The position numbers and the translations under genes were made by a program. 64,000 nt of DNA from contig CM069148.1 of the NCBI GenBank assembly GCA_035221665.1, forward strand, positions 45,136,001 through 45,200,000, given 5' to 3'. Numbering within the stretch: the first letter of the stretch is position 1; each line of letters starts with the position of its first letter. Positions 49,971-62,725 of this stretch are shown here, piece by piece. Origin of the DNA: Okamejei kenojei (lineage: Eukaryota). A model generated the notes under the pieces. It saw only the letters and a list, made by a program, of their open reading frames with translations, searched no databases and was not told the origin of the DNA.

Positions 49971-51625
49971 AAATATATAGTTCTTTATGCAGAAACTTGT
50001 CATGTTCTGTGAGATGGAACTACTTGCAAAATAGCGTGAGTTAGCCACTTCTCTTTCCAGGAGGGTGACTATTGTGTTGAACTTGACTTTTCAGCCAGAG
50101 ATTTTTAGGGGTCAGAGAACTGTGCTGTTACTTGCTTTGCCTCACCCCTTGCCATTGTACTTTATAATCATGTATGTACTTGGGTCTTCTACATTGGAAG
50201 TATGCTTTAATCAAGAAACATTTGTTCATTTAAGCTCCTTGTTGGTATCAAGGTAAGGAATTATTCCAGCCTTCAACACTGCTGAGTGTGAGCGAACAGG
50301 TTGATGGAACTGGTTGGCCTTCTTGACTTCACCTTGAAATCTAGGGGAGGAGGGTCTTGAAATAATCATCTCCAAATTTCTCAGTCTAAAATCTCCTGCA
50401 TCACAGTGAAGGTATTCATGTCGTGTTGTGAGCCTAAGAGTTCACAGGGAGATCCAGAAGGAACATTGATATACTTCAAAGTCGGTGTGGTATATATCTT
50501 GAAGCAAAACATGTAACTGTTGGTGTTCCCATCTGCCTGACGCCTTTGTCCTTTTGGGTGATGGTGACCGCAGATTTGGGAGATGCTGTTGGAATAGCCT
50601 GGATGTGCAACTTCATTTTGCAGATATCATATATTTCAGCAACTTGCCCCAGTCATGGAGAGAATTGGTATGTAGAGCAGTAAATGGGGGACCAATCAAG
50701 AGGGTAGCTTTGCCCTGGATGACATCAAGAATCTTGAGTACCATTGGAACTGCACTCATCCTGCCAAATGGAGAGAATTCCAACAACCTGTGTTCCTTTA
50801 TGTAGTAAATTCAGTTCTCTTCAGTTCATTCAGTTGAGATCTAGTCAATAGTGACCCACAAAATGTTGATAGTGCGTAATGATGGTGATGCCACTGAGTA
50901 TCAAAACTAGGTGGTTTGACACTTGTTGAAGATGGCCAATTCTTAACATTTATGTTGCAGGAATGTTGCTTGTCACTTTTCAAGACTAAAGCTGAACATT
51001 ATCTGTGTCTTGCTGCATGCAAGCATGAACTATTTCCTTGGTTGAAAAGTTGCAAATGGAATTGAACATTGTGAAACTAAAAATCACCAAAATCTGCCTT
51101 CATAATGGAGAGAAAATCACTGATGGATCATTGATCATTGAAAAGCATTGCTGAATCACTGATGATATTCCTGGTCACGACCCGAAATATCACTTTTTCA
51201 TGCTCTCCTCAGATGCTGCTGGATCGGACGAGTTACTCCAGCAATGTGTGTTTTTTGCTCAAGCGTCTGCAATCTGTTTGTTGCTAGATATGTACACATT
51301 TTTAGCAATGAACCCATTTTAATTTTTATCAATAAACTTTGAGATCACCTTAAGGAGCCCTGAATCATTAGTTCAGTTCCTGTCTTCACAAATGCTCTCT
51401 GATTTTCAAACTGTTTCTCACATCTCCTGATTTAATTTCAAGTTTTCAACATCTGGAAATGTATTGCCTTTTATTTTCTCCTCAGTGTCCAACGCAGTCA
51501 AATACTGCCTTAGCCATAAGAACAATTGCTCTCACCTCACCTCTAGATTTCTGCTATTTGATCCACGTTTGGAAAATACTTTATCGAGATCCTGAGATAA
51601 TGAAATCCAAAGTGGGCACCAGTAG

Positions 51626-51908
51626 AGCGGCACAGTGGCCCAGCAGTGAAGCTGCTGCCTAACACCGCCATAGACCCGCGTTCGATCCCGACTGCGGGTG
51701 CTGTCTGTATGGAGTTTGTACATTCTCCCTGTGGCCATGTGAGCTTCCTCCGGTTTCCTCCCACACTCCAAAGACGTACAGGTTTGTAGGTTACTTGGCT
51801 TTGGTAAAATTGTAAATTGACCCTCGTATGTGCGGGGTGATCGTTCATCGGCTTGGACTCAGTTGGACAAAGGGCCTGTTTCCGTGCGTATCTTTAAAGT
51901 TTAAAGTC
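51626..51908 (+). mobile_element. tRNA-derived SINE (HE1/V-SINE-like)
   Basis: A-box-like gtggcccagcagtg, B-box gttcgatcc, central gtatggagtttgtacattctccc...ggtttcctcccaca domain, tail tatctttaaagtttaaag. Confidence 0.8.
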
Positions 51909-52099
51909 TGATAGCATTGATGATGATGACATCTTCCATTAATTTGCTGATGACTGAGACTACATTTGAACAGTAATTAGCCACCACAATTGTCCTGCTG
52001 TTTGTAAATAGCACTCACCTAGGCAATCTTCCATATTTTTAGTGTTTTAATTGCCTGGAACAGCTTAGGAAATGGTGGGACTACGTCTGGAGCGCAGGT

Positions 52100-52750
52100 G
52101 TTCAGTACCATAGCCAATGATTTATGTCTGGTCCTAAAGCATTTGCTGCATCCAATAATACCTCAAGGATGTCCAGCTTTGAGCTGTCACGTCTGTTCTT
52201 GGATATATCATTTATTCCATTTAGCAAGCGTGTTCTTAATGTGACTTTCTCTCCACATTATTAATGCCATTGTGGATAAAGGTAACTGTCACAGCTAGAT
52301 TGTAGAGGACAACATCACATAAAATTATCTGGGGGTTTTTTTGTTCACTATCTGCCAATCTCTCATTGTATCTTTCAGCATTTTGCCAGTTCAGCACATT
52401 GAAGTCCCTCAACCAGAGTACATCTTGAACCTTGCAACATTCAGTGCTTCTTCTCAGTGTTGTTAAACATGGTGAAGCACTGATTTGTCAGTTTTAAGAG
52501 GATGACAACTGGTAATCAGGAGGAGTATTCTTACCCCATGTTTGGCCTGTTGCCACAAGAGTTCTTTAGATCTGTAGTCAATGCTGAGGAATTCCAAGGC
52601 TACTTCCTCTAGCTTGCATTCCAATGTGGCAGCACCTTGCCCTTGTCTGATGTCCAGACATACTACAGTGAAAGAGGACCCCAGTACAGGGCTCTCCATA
52701 TGGGAGTCTTCCCATGTTACATTGAGAACTTAAGGCAGAGAGTGTTGCAG
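52100..52750 (-). mobile_element. Old LINE remnant (APE endonuclease-like region)
   Basis: EVALEFLSID...ELLWQQAKHG..LLLITSCHP resembles the start of a LINE endonuclease. Heavily decayed. Confidence 0.4.
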
Positions 52751-53518
52751 AGAGAACAGGGTCACAGATTCTCAGGCTGCCTGTAATTCCTGTAGCCTGG
52801 CCATATCTGTAATATGTAAAGAATACAGGAGGTTTCATTTTGACTATTTGAAAGGATTGCCTATCAGCATATGGCTGCACTCCAATTTCACGTCCTCTGC
52901 TGCAGAGAGTGATGGGCAGGAGGACTCCTTGGCCTGGCTAAGATGGGCATTCACAGGTCCATTCAGCAGAGTGTCAGAGGATCTGTTCATGCTGACTGCC
53001 TCTCTCCTGCCTGCCTGAGGTTACTACTTAATGGAGGCCGCCTGCAATCTCTATTCGTGACCCTTTTAACATTAGCCTCCCAGGTTGTAGAATCTCCAGA
53101 GTGATCATATCTTCTGCAAAAAGGATAATTGTGGGTTTAATATCATTTAATCTAAAACAAAACCAAAATAAATACAAAAAGGGACTTGAGAAAATGGATT
53201 AGCTACAAGGTATAGTTTGCTTTGGAGAGCTGGAATGGCGAGCCTCAGTGCTCCCCACTGTACCAATATGATCTCTCTATTTTCTATCAGTTCCTACCAT
53301 CTGAGATGCTAATGTTAAAAGGGGCTTGGTTAGCGATGATGGTGGGCCCAGCTTGGCCTGAAGGTATTCAAAGCATCAGCTGACAGATAGATGCAACTTT
53401 AATGTTCTAAGGTGAACTGAAGCCAGATGGCAGAAAGATGACTGCATAATAAGACTGATCAAGCAGCACAAAACATTTTACGGTGCAAAGATGGTGCAGG
53501 AATAAAACCAAGATGTAC

Positions 53519-53689
53519 TTGAGATCCATTTGCTGTTGATGGAAGTCTGAGCCACAAATGTTCTCGTCCTTCTTGCAAAGTAGTCTGGAAGTGGAGGGAA
53601 TCAATGGTGGTGAAAGGAGAGAGTGTGATGGACAACCTTAGTTGACGTAGGCCACGGTATGTGTTCTGCAGTTGAAGTGTCCCTTGTCC
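53519..53689 (-). CDS. SITS-binding protein-like gene (GH31, MYORG-related): most 5' exon found in the window
   Basis: Minus-strand acceptor tctgtttgcag, donor gtacat, 171 nt, phase 0/0. Encodes GQGTLQLQNTYRGLRQLRLSITLSPFTTIDSLHFQTTLQEGREHLWLRLPSTANGSQ and joins the next exon in frame. Confidence 0.85.
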
Positions 53690-54050
53690 CTGCAAACAGA
53701 AAAGCAAGCCAATTCAAGACTGAAAGCAGAGTTTGCCACTTCCACATAAACTGGTACAAACAACTTGATGCCTCTTCTCCTTTGAAATCACATAAATAGA
53801 TTTTCAGTGTTGTTTCAGCTTTTTTTAAATTTTGGGAACATAATGAAGAGGTCTGAGTCTAGTTGCCAGAACTACCTCAGCACTGCCCCAGCACAGCCCA
53901 GATTTCAATCCGCACCACCCCAATACAGTCCAGTACTTCCCGAGCAGTGCCCGTCAAGGGTGTTTAATTGCCGTATGTACCAGCAACCGGAACAATGAAA
54001 TTCTTACTTACTGCAGCTTTACACACAAATAAATAATATATTCAATTAAT

Positions 54051-54152
54051 GTTCAAGAAAGAACTGCAGATGCTGGAAAATCGAAGGTAGACAAAAGTGC
54101 TGGAGAAACTCAACGGGTGCACCCGCTGAGTTTCTCCAGCACTTTTGTCTAC
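54051..54152. mobile_element. Penelope-derived fold-back mini-element with an 11-bp TSD
   Basis: 66-bp near-perfect palindrome at 54087-54152. attcaattaat at 54040-54050 and 54153-54163. Confidence 0.82.
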
Positions 54153-54289
54153 ATTCAATTAATAATCAGTAATATTAGTTAGCAGACCACAATAATGCAA
54201 ATAACAGAGTTTGCAGCGTAACCAAAATAAAGTCAATAGTGATCATAATGACTGAGGTAGTGGTAAGTGCTGCGACTGAATTACGAACC

Positions 54290-54910
54290 AGACCATGATG
54301 CGACCAGTCAGTATGCATTCTACCATGCACCTGTAGAATTATGATAGAGTATTCAACGTCATACTGAATCTCCTCAATCTTCAAAGCAAGTAGAGGTTTT
54401 GATGAGGTTTCTTTGTGAGTTGCATCAATGTGCTGAGCCCAGGACAGATCTTTAGGCACGCCCAGGGACCTGAAGCTGTTGACTCTCTCCACCACCGTCC
54501 CATCGATGTAGATGGGTTCATGATCCCTGGGCGTCTTCTTAAGTCACCAATCAACTCCTTGGTCTTGCTAACCAAGAGAGCAAGGTGTTTTGGTGCCATT
54601 CAATCAGATTATTCATCTATCTCCTGTGTCCCGACTCATTATTACCCGTTATTTATTCAACAACAGTGGTATTGTTGGCTAATTTAACAATGGCATTGGA
54701 GCTTGCGTGTGGCTACACAGTCATCAAGGGCATAAAGAGAGTATAGATGGGACTGAGCACACAGCCTTGAGTGTTGATGGTTCCTGAGTTGTAAGTCACA
54801 GATCCAAATGTAAAGGGACAAGCGGAGACCCAGTTCTCCAAGTTTGATGATACGCTTTAAGGGGCAGGTTGTGTTAAATGCCAGATTCGTCAATAAATAA
54901 CAGCCTGATT
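54290..54910 (-). mobile_element. Rex1-type LINE reverse transcriptase remnant
   Basis: VSKTKELIGDLRR, VERVNSFRSLGV...LSWAQHID and AFNT...KLGELGL. Confidence 0.75.
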
Positions 54911-54939
54911 GATGTACAAGTGATGCACAAAATCACAGA

Positions 54940-55660
54940 ATTCAATATTCATATAGTTAGGTTGTAAATTTCCTAAATAGAAATGAGGTGTTGCTCCGCT
55001 AGTCTTCAATTTGCAACGGGGGAAGTCCAGTACAGAAAGATCGGTATGGGAGGAGAGTTAAAATGGTCAGCAACTGGGAGATCCAGCAGGCCTTGGTTGA
55101 CCGAACACTATTGTTCAGCAAAGCTGTCTCGCTCATGTAGAGGAAGGCCACATGTGAAACACTGAATGCAGTAGATGAGGTTAGAGGAGGAGCACATGAA
55201 CCTCTGTCTCACCTGGAAGGAGTCCTTGGATGGATGCGAGGGAGGAGGTGCAGGGACAGGTGTTACATCTCTTGTAGTTGCTCGGGAAAGTACGTGTGGG
55301 GGGAGGGGGGAGGTCATTCAGCGGGAAGCGTGTGAACCAAGGAGTTGCAGAAGGAGCGCTGCCTGCAGAAGGCGGAGACAGGTGAAGGTGGGAACATGTG
55401 GTGGGAAGGTGGTGGAAACGTCAGACAATGAAGTGTTGGATGCAGAGGCTGGTGCAGTGATAGCTGAGGCGGGGAACTCTATCCTTGTTGCTGTTGTGTG
55501 GAGGGAGAGCGAGAGCAGAGCTGCAGGACACAGATGATGGAGAAAGAGATGAAGATGGGGGGGAAGTGAGAGGTGTCAGAGATAGTCAAGAGGGCAGGGT
55601 GAAAGCGACAAAGTTAATGAAATTAAAGAGATCTGCACAGATGCAGGTGGCAGCCTCGAT
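54940..55660 (-). mobile_element. Penelope-like element remnant
   Basis: SFQVRQRFMCSSSNLIYCIQC, the cysteine-containing segment that precedes the GIY-YIG domain. Confidence 0.72.
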
Positions 55661-56544
55661 GCTGTTCAGGTTTCCATTATTTTTCAAGATTAGAAATGGG
55701 TCTTCAGCAGTTTCAGTATTCCTTCATCACAGCACCTCCAAATGCTTTGCATCACCTCTAGAATATCCCTCAGCAATACTCTTCTGATACTAAAATATAC
55801 TGACAGCACTATCCATTCAATTGTCCAGCACTCCTCAACCAGTACCCCTGACAATTCAGCCTTTCCACCCATCAGCACTCTCTCGGCATTAACCCTCCAA
55901 GAATTCAGTGCTCTCACACCAACGTCCCTGCAGCAATGCAGCCATTCCAGAGTACTATCCAGCGCGCCACCAATACTGGCCCTCTGTCGGTTCAGTATGT
56001 CCTCAATGATGCTGCTGAACAGTCCTGTAACCCTTCGGTGATGTCCGCCTGACTCCCCAATGCTCCTTCAGCAGATCAGGACTACCCCAGCATTGTCCTT
56101 CCAACAGTTCAGCACTCTTTCAACACTGTCTCCTCAACAGTACAATGCGACTTGAGTTACGTACTCCCAACAATCCTGGTCTCTCCCAGCGCAGCGCTGC
56201 CTTCCAATAGTCCAACATTCCCCCACCACAGTTCCTTCAACCGTGTTGACATTTCGTCACTTTACCTTCAGCTGTTTGGTAGTCTCTCAGGACTGACAGT
56301 CCATCACTCACTTAGCACAGTCATTCTGAAAGTGTTATATTTCCTCAGTACTGTGTCTTCAGCTGTACAGTATACCCTCAAGTATCCCTTAGTCTTCAGT
56401 CCAACTGTTCAATGCCCATTTGTCACTCTGAGATTAAAAGAATAAGAAGTGATCTATTTGAAAAGTATAAACGTTTGGAGGTGCTGTGTTGAAGGAATGC
56501 TAAAACTGCTGAAGGCCCACTTCTAAGCTTGAGAATGGGCATCA

Positions 56545-56810
56545 GGGTGGCACAGCAGTAACTGCCTGACAGCACCAGAGACCCAGGTTAATAATAATAA
56601 TAATAATAATAATATTTTATTGTCATTGCACATATGTTCATATGGTTTAATCCTGATCGGGTGCTGTCTGCACATACATTCTCCCTGTTTTCCACTGGAT
56701 GATCCGGTTTCCTCCCACATTCAAAAGGCGTGCATGTTTGTAGGTTAATTGGCTCAGGTAAAAATTGTAAATTGTACCTAGTGTGTAGGATAGTGTGAGT
56801 GTGGGATGGT
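56545..56810 (+). mobile_element. tRNA-derived SINE interrupted by a (TAA)n-bearing fragment
   Basis: gtggcacagcagt...gagacccaggtt, then (taa)n at 56589-56614, then the gggtgctgtctg...ggtttcctcccacat domain. Confidence 0.7.
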
Positions 56811-58367
56811 GCTAGAATAAAATTCTAATGAGAAATAAAAGGTAAATGCAGAGTTAGAGTTGAATGGCCTATTTCTGTTTCTTGTGCTTACATTTTAATG
56901 CAGTGTCCCTTTAATACTATCCCTCCATCAATGCAGTGCAGCAGTCCTGCTTTTGTCGTGTCAGCTTGGGTGGTTATCTCATGCCCTGACTTTATGGATG
57001 AAACGTGTTTGTGAGGATGGTAATATGCCCAGCACTTATGGAGCTCTACTCTAGTTATAGCCAGTAACGCATGGGAAGAATCAGGGGTGGAGGGAGGAAC
57101 GAAACAGTCTCTGATATTTCCTGCAATCTGAATAAATTCTGAAGATGATTATCAGTTTCCAATTTACAACCATATCCAACAACACTACACCCCCTCCCAA
57201 CCCACTCCTACAGACACGGCCGATTGTAAATTGGCATCACATGTAAGGAACATTGAGTACAACCCTCCGCTCTGCAACTCCGTTCATTGGGATCACGGTT
57301 AATTTCTGACCTCACATTCCAGTTCCCTAACTCTTATTATGCTTACAAAACAAAAATAGTGAAAGTGATTGCATTATCCGTCAATATTTGTGATGGATCT
57401 CAGATATCAGAAAATCTTTTGTCTGACAGTCTTACAGACAGAGAAATACCCCTACTAATTTAGTGTCTGCGTTTCCCGCCCATTCCATTCCCCTACCATC
57501 CCTCCAATAGCCATGTGCAGCTCCCACAGGGGATTTCACAAGGGATTGGTCTCAAAGTTTTGGGCCGGAACCAAGTTCAGAAATAAAAACACTCTCCGAA
57601 TATTGTGAAGGATGGTCTTTACTGGCTGGAATAAACCCTGGAGACTCCTGACTAAATAAGAATAACTAAACTAGTGGGGCTCCTCTCATCTGAAAATGTT
57701 CCCTACTCTTACCACTTGAACATAAAGCACCAAGCCTCCTTCCAAATTAGATCTCCTGGGAAGCTGGCTGAACCTTCATCTATACATAAACACAAACAAT
57801 GTAAACATAATCATATCCTATTTTTCACCCATAGGCTGTGAGAGGTGAAGGTGGGAGTGTCCTGAAAGCTGGGGGAAGGGCGATTCAGGCAGTGTCAGGG
57901 AATCCACCACACAGCTAAGTCAGCAGTCAGCATGCTAAACATTCTCAAGCTGCTCGAAATGTTACCAGGAATGGACTTGGGCAAAGAGCCAAGTTTGTGA
58001 ATGGCCAGGGCGAGGCGTCAGCACGCAGCTGCCCAGGGATGGAAGGCTCATGGCTCAGAAGCGACACTTGTAAACTTGGCTGTCCTGGTTATTGTACATG
58101 GTGGTGAGTGACTCGAGGCCATCTGTTCCAAAGATCAACGTGGAGAGACCAATCCGTGTCGAAAGATTATCAGCCACAGCTTGCTGCCAGCCAGAGAAGC
58201 CCGTAATTAATTTAAAGGACTCCTTTAACCGGCAGTTGAGATTGGGCCAGGTTGCCCAGAAGCGCTGATACTGTGAGCTGCTCCCTGGCAGTCACTAATG
58301 TTACATGAGATAACAGGTCTGACACTGAACAGAGTTCTTGTCTGTCCATCCTGAACTAATTTATCTT

Positions 58368-58417
58368 TCTCTCTCTCTCTCTCCTTGTCTCCCTCTCTCT
58401 CTCTCTCTCTCTCTCTC
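58368..58417. repeat. (CT)n microsatellite
   Basis: Read directly. Confidence 0.9.
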
Positions 58418-59469
58418 CCCCCATAACATTCCCCCCCAGTTATCGCTACTCACAGCTTATGGAAGTCCAAGAACAGCAGTCTTCCAAAGATGCCGATGCA
58501 GGGTGTGGAATCAAAGCTGCTCACTGCTCCACCATGCACTCCTTACAGTCCTGGCTCTGTCCCAGTGCTTTAAATAGAACACACCATGGTTCTCATTGAT
58601 ATACCTATGAACTACTTGTGAACTACTGGCTGGGTCTTTGCTCGCCAGTGTCTAAGTTTGAATTCTCTTGATGAGTTTGTTCAGGACAGACTGCCGGTGG
58701 ATCCTATCTAATTGGTAGGCCAAATGCTCACCGAGAACCCATGAATCAGTGGGTTTATCAAGCCTTACCATGGCCCCCCAGGATTCTGGCAAGCAAGTGG
58801 AGGCCCATCACAAGTACAGCCTACAAGAGGTTTCTGGGGGAAATAGCATGACACACTGGTGACTGACATGATTGCAGTTTCTGGAATTTGGAACAAATAA
58901 ACTAAATAGTGCAAGAGCTCAACAGCATCTATTGAGGTAAAGTGTTGGTTGGTTGGATGACACAGAGAACATTAGTCTGATCAAAGTTGCTGAAGGATTG
59001 TGTAAGAGAGTTGTACAATATGTTTGATGTGCACGTTGATTAATTAAGGACTGCATGTGCCCTCCTGCTTCATAACATTGCTGCTTTTTGCTAGGCTGAC
59101 AGAGTCCTACTGTAGATCATTACCCACTGATCCCCAATGAAAGAGCAGATATCAGGGAAAGTCAGGAGTGGACGTCGATGTGAAGTACCTCACAGTTAAA
59201 TATACTACAAAACTGATTGCAAAGAAGATTATTGGGACAAGTGGATGAAACACAGAATGCTTGAATAACTCAGCAGGTCAGGCAGCATCTCTGGAGAACA
59301 TGGATTCTCCTTCTGAAGAAGGAACCCTACCAAAAACATCACCAAGCCATTTTATCTAGAGATACTGTCTGGCCCACTGAGTTGCTTCAGCACTTTGAGT
59401 CTTTCTTCGTCAGCCAATATTCTACGAATGTCTGCTCCCATGGAAGACACTGGTACAAAGCAAGCAGTG

Positions 59470-59738
59470 CTTTAAGACCGAGATGAGAAAGACTTTTTTC
59501 ACACAGAGTGGTGAGTCTCTGGAACTCTCTGCCACAGAGGGTAGTTGAGGCCAGTTCATTGGCTATATTTAAGAGTGAGTTGGATGTGGCCCTTGTGGCT
59601 AAGGGGATCAGAGGGTATGGAGAGAAGGCAGGTACGGGATACTGAGTTGGATGATCAGCCATGATCATATTGAATGGCGGTGCAGGCTCGAAGGGCTGAA
59701 TGGCCTACTCCTGCACCTAATTTCTATGTTTCTATGTT
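59470..59738 (+). mobile_element. Young 3' end of a CR1-type (HER1-like) LINE
   Basis: Closely matches 27725-27910 and ends in the tttctatgtttctatg tail. Confidence 0.88.
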
Positions 59739-60284
59739 TACCTCAGCAGACAGCAGCAGCGTGGATTGTTCACAGAGATCCATCACTCCCTCTCCTAGCC
59801 TGTAATGCTTCAGTTTTCTGGACAACATCTTCAGATTGTGCTCCAGCCTCAGTGCTGTGCCAGCCACCCTATGCGACCTCCACAGTGGCAGCCTGTGCTC
59901 CAAAGGAGCAGAGAAACAAACTACATATTAAACGCAACAATAACAAGCATAATCAATACATTTTAAAAGGACAAAGCAGTCAGGGAAAAGGAAAACAGTG
60001 TTAAAGAGAGTGAAAACTGGGTGGTGGGAGGGGAGCAGAGAGGAGTGGGGATAAGAAAGAAAAGGAGGCAAACGAGAGAACAGAATTATAAATGGAGCCA
60101 TTGATTTTAGGAATAGGCAATAATTGGGTATTAACATCAGGCAGACAGAATCACAGGTTATGGGGACAAGAGAGACAATTGGGAAAAGAAGGAATGAAGC
60201 AGGGCAGAATGTGAGTGAGGGATGGATGAGGAGGAGTGGATGGGTGTTACCGTTGTGAACACTAGTATGGTTATTGGAAGAGGT

Positions 60285-60360
60285 CTGGATTATGATGCAG
60301 AGGAAAAACCTCAAATCTTACCATTGGGATTTGGAGTGTTTCCTCCGCATCATAATCCAG
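60285..60360. repeat. 76-bp inverted repeat (hairpin)
   Basis: 36-bp arms, 30 of 36 positions complementary, 4-nt loop (ccat). Confidence 0.85.
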
Positions 60361-61729
60361 AAGTTAAATTCAGTTAAATAAATAATCTGTAAAAACAAAA
60401 AAAGGCCGGTCTCATTAAGTGTGACATTTTAACTACCAGAGTGTTATTAAACTTGATCTGGTTCACCGATGATTTTTAGGGAATGGAACCCACTGACTTT
60501 GTAATTAAGTCTATTTGTGATTGGATCCAAATCATAGCTGCTTTCTGAAAAGGGCCAGCAAGGTACTCCACTGTACCAAGCCACCTTAACAAAACACAAG
60601 AAGAAAACTGGACAGATGTTACTATATCATTCTAAGCACCAGGTCTGGAAAAGTAAAAGGCACATAGACTACCCACTTTGTAAAGACATTTTCATGAAAA
60701 CCAGAGGACTTGTCCCAAGGTGGAGGGATGTCCCACTGACCTCATCACGATTCTGATAGATTCACACTCAGAATTACAATTTTTTTATCCATGATCTTGG
60801 ACTCCTCAAACATAAAAGCAGCATATATCCAAGAGAAGTCGTTTCAGAGTGGTATCTGGGGAGAAGGGGATTAATGGAATAATCCTGGAAATCTGTAAGG
60901 TTAACTTTAGGCTGCACAATGTCTCAAGACATCAGGTCAAATACATGATGTTACTAGCAGGAGTGGTCACCACCACAGTGCTCAAGTTGACAATGGGAGA
61001 AAATGATTTGATAGACACAAATTGCTGGAGTCAGCACGTCAGGAAGCATCCCTGGAGAAAAAGGATGGGTGATGTTTCAGGTCAGGACCCTTCTTCAGAC
61101 TGGTATAGTCAAAAGTTTTCTTCAGTATGGTATAAAGTGCCAAGAAAATTATTTCTTGGCCCTTTATACCAAATGCATATGTAGTGGCTGTGATTATATT
61201 TCATTTCCAGTTCCATTGATTTCAATGAGAGAATTTCAAAAGAGGAATGCAAATATCAGTTGTAATTGACATTTGGTAAAAATGGAAGAGAAGGGAATTA
61301 AATATTAAAGTAGGAGAAGAAAGGCTGCCATTTTCATTTGCCCCAAAGATCTTTACAGCCAATGAAATATTTTACTTTGCAATGGAGGAAAAATGGAAGC
61401 CATGTTTTTGCGGTGCAAGCTCATAAGGTTTCTGATAGACTCTCTGAAGGAACCTGATAAAGTCTCGCCAGAGACTATGAAACAAAGTTAGTGCAAATTA
61501 TATTGGCGACATGGAGATTGGTTAACAGATAGAAATAACACAATAGAAATAAATGGATCAGTTACAGACTGGCAGTCTTTCTTTGCCTGTGGGGTGCTAA
61601 AATAGAAAACAGACAGTTTAGCTGTGTGTACTTAAAAAAGGAAATTAGGAGAGCCAAGATGGGGCAAATATCACTGGTGGATTAAATTAAGCAAAAACCT
61701 AAAGCATTTGCTAAGTATATTAATGGTGA

Positions 61730-61826
61730 ACAGAGTAAGAAGAGTCATTAAGAACCAAAAAGGCAATCTGCAGTGGACAGAGTAAGGAGAGTCATTAGGA
61801 ACCAAAAAGGCAATCTGCGGTGGACA
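61730..61826. repeat. 47-bp tandem duplication in a decayed LINE
   Basis: acagagtaagRagagtcattaRgaaccaaaaaggcaatctgcRgtgg occurs twice. Confidence 0.85.
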
Positions 61827-62424
61827 AAGATGAGATTTTGAATGAATACTTCTCACCTGTATTCACTAGGGAGAAGAGAATTATAGTTCGAGAAGTCAGG
61901 CTGAACTACGATGAAATTCTTGAACAGGTTACCATTAAAAAGGAGAATGTATTAAAACTGGAGGATTTTGTGGAGACAATGTTGGTGGTATATTTCCTTG
62001 CTTTGCATTGCCTGCTGTAGATGGTTTCTATCTCGGAATCATGAGAATGTGAATGGCAATGTGGCATTATCAAGGAGGAATATATGTACATGTATATATG
62101 GTGCCAGGCTTATGGCCCTGGTCTTCAGATGTCCTTTTCTTTAAGTGACAAAAGATTGTGCTGGTGCAGTAACTGCTAGTAAAAACAGAAGTCCCAGAAA
62201 ACCCCATTTATCTCAAAGGCAGGGGATTGCAGGGGAATGCAGGCAAGGTATATTTTTATGAGATACCATAAACACGGTAGAATTGGATAACCTGGAGGCA
62301 GAAACAGGGATGGTGTGAGGTCTTACTTTATGGAGAGGACATTTGATGCCATCTTGTTGAAATGTTTGCCAGTTTGAAACAGATAGGGCCAGTTATTTCA
62401 GCAACTCAAATGCCCAGTAGTGAA

Positions 62425-62725
62425 GAAGATTGAAACGAAGTGAACAATGCCCAGTCCATGTCCCCGCCATCGAAGGAATCTACAAGAGTTGCTGCCTCAA
62501 TAAGGCAGCCAGCATCATCAGAGACCCACACCGCCCTTGCCACACTCTCATTTCACTCCTGCCATCGGAAAGAAAGGAGAGGAGCTGGAACACTGTAATA
62601 TCCAGGTTCAGGAGCAGATTCTTCCCTACACCATCAGGCAATTAAACACTACAATCTCCAAATAGGCTGCATAGACTTAGGGGTTCTTTTTTACTTTGCA
62701 CAACTATTGTTTGTTTATTTGTTTG
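62425..62725 (+). mobile_element. 3' fragment of a Rex1-type LINE
   Basis: CLNKAASIIRDPHRPCHTLISLLPS...RFRSRFFP. Confidence 0.75.

Noticed and set aside
51626-51700. tRNA gene
   Set aside because: A and B boxes are present, but the sequence continues into a SINE body and tail and forms no cloverleaf.
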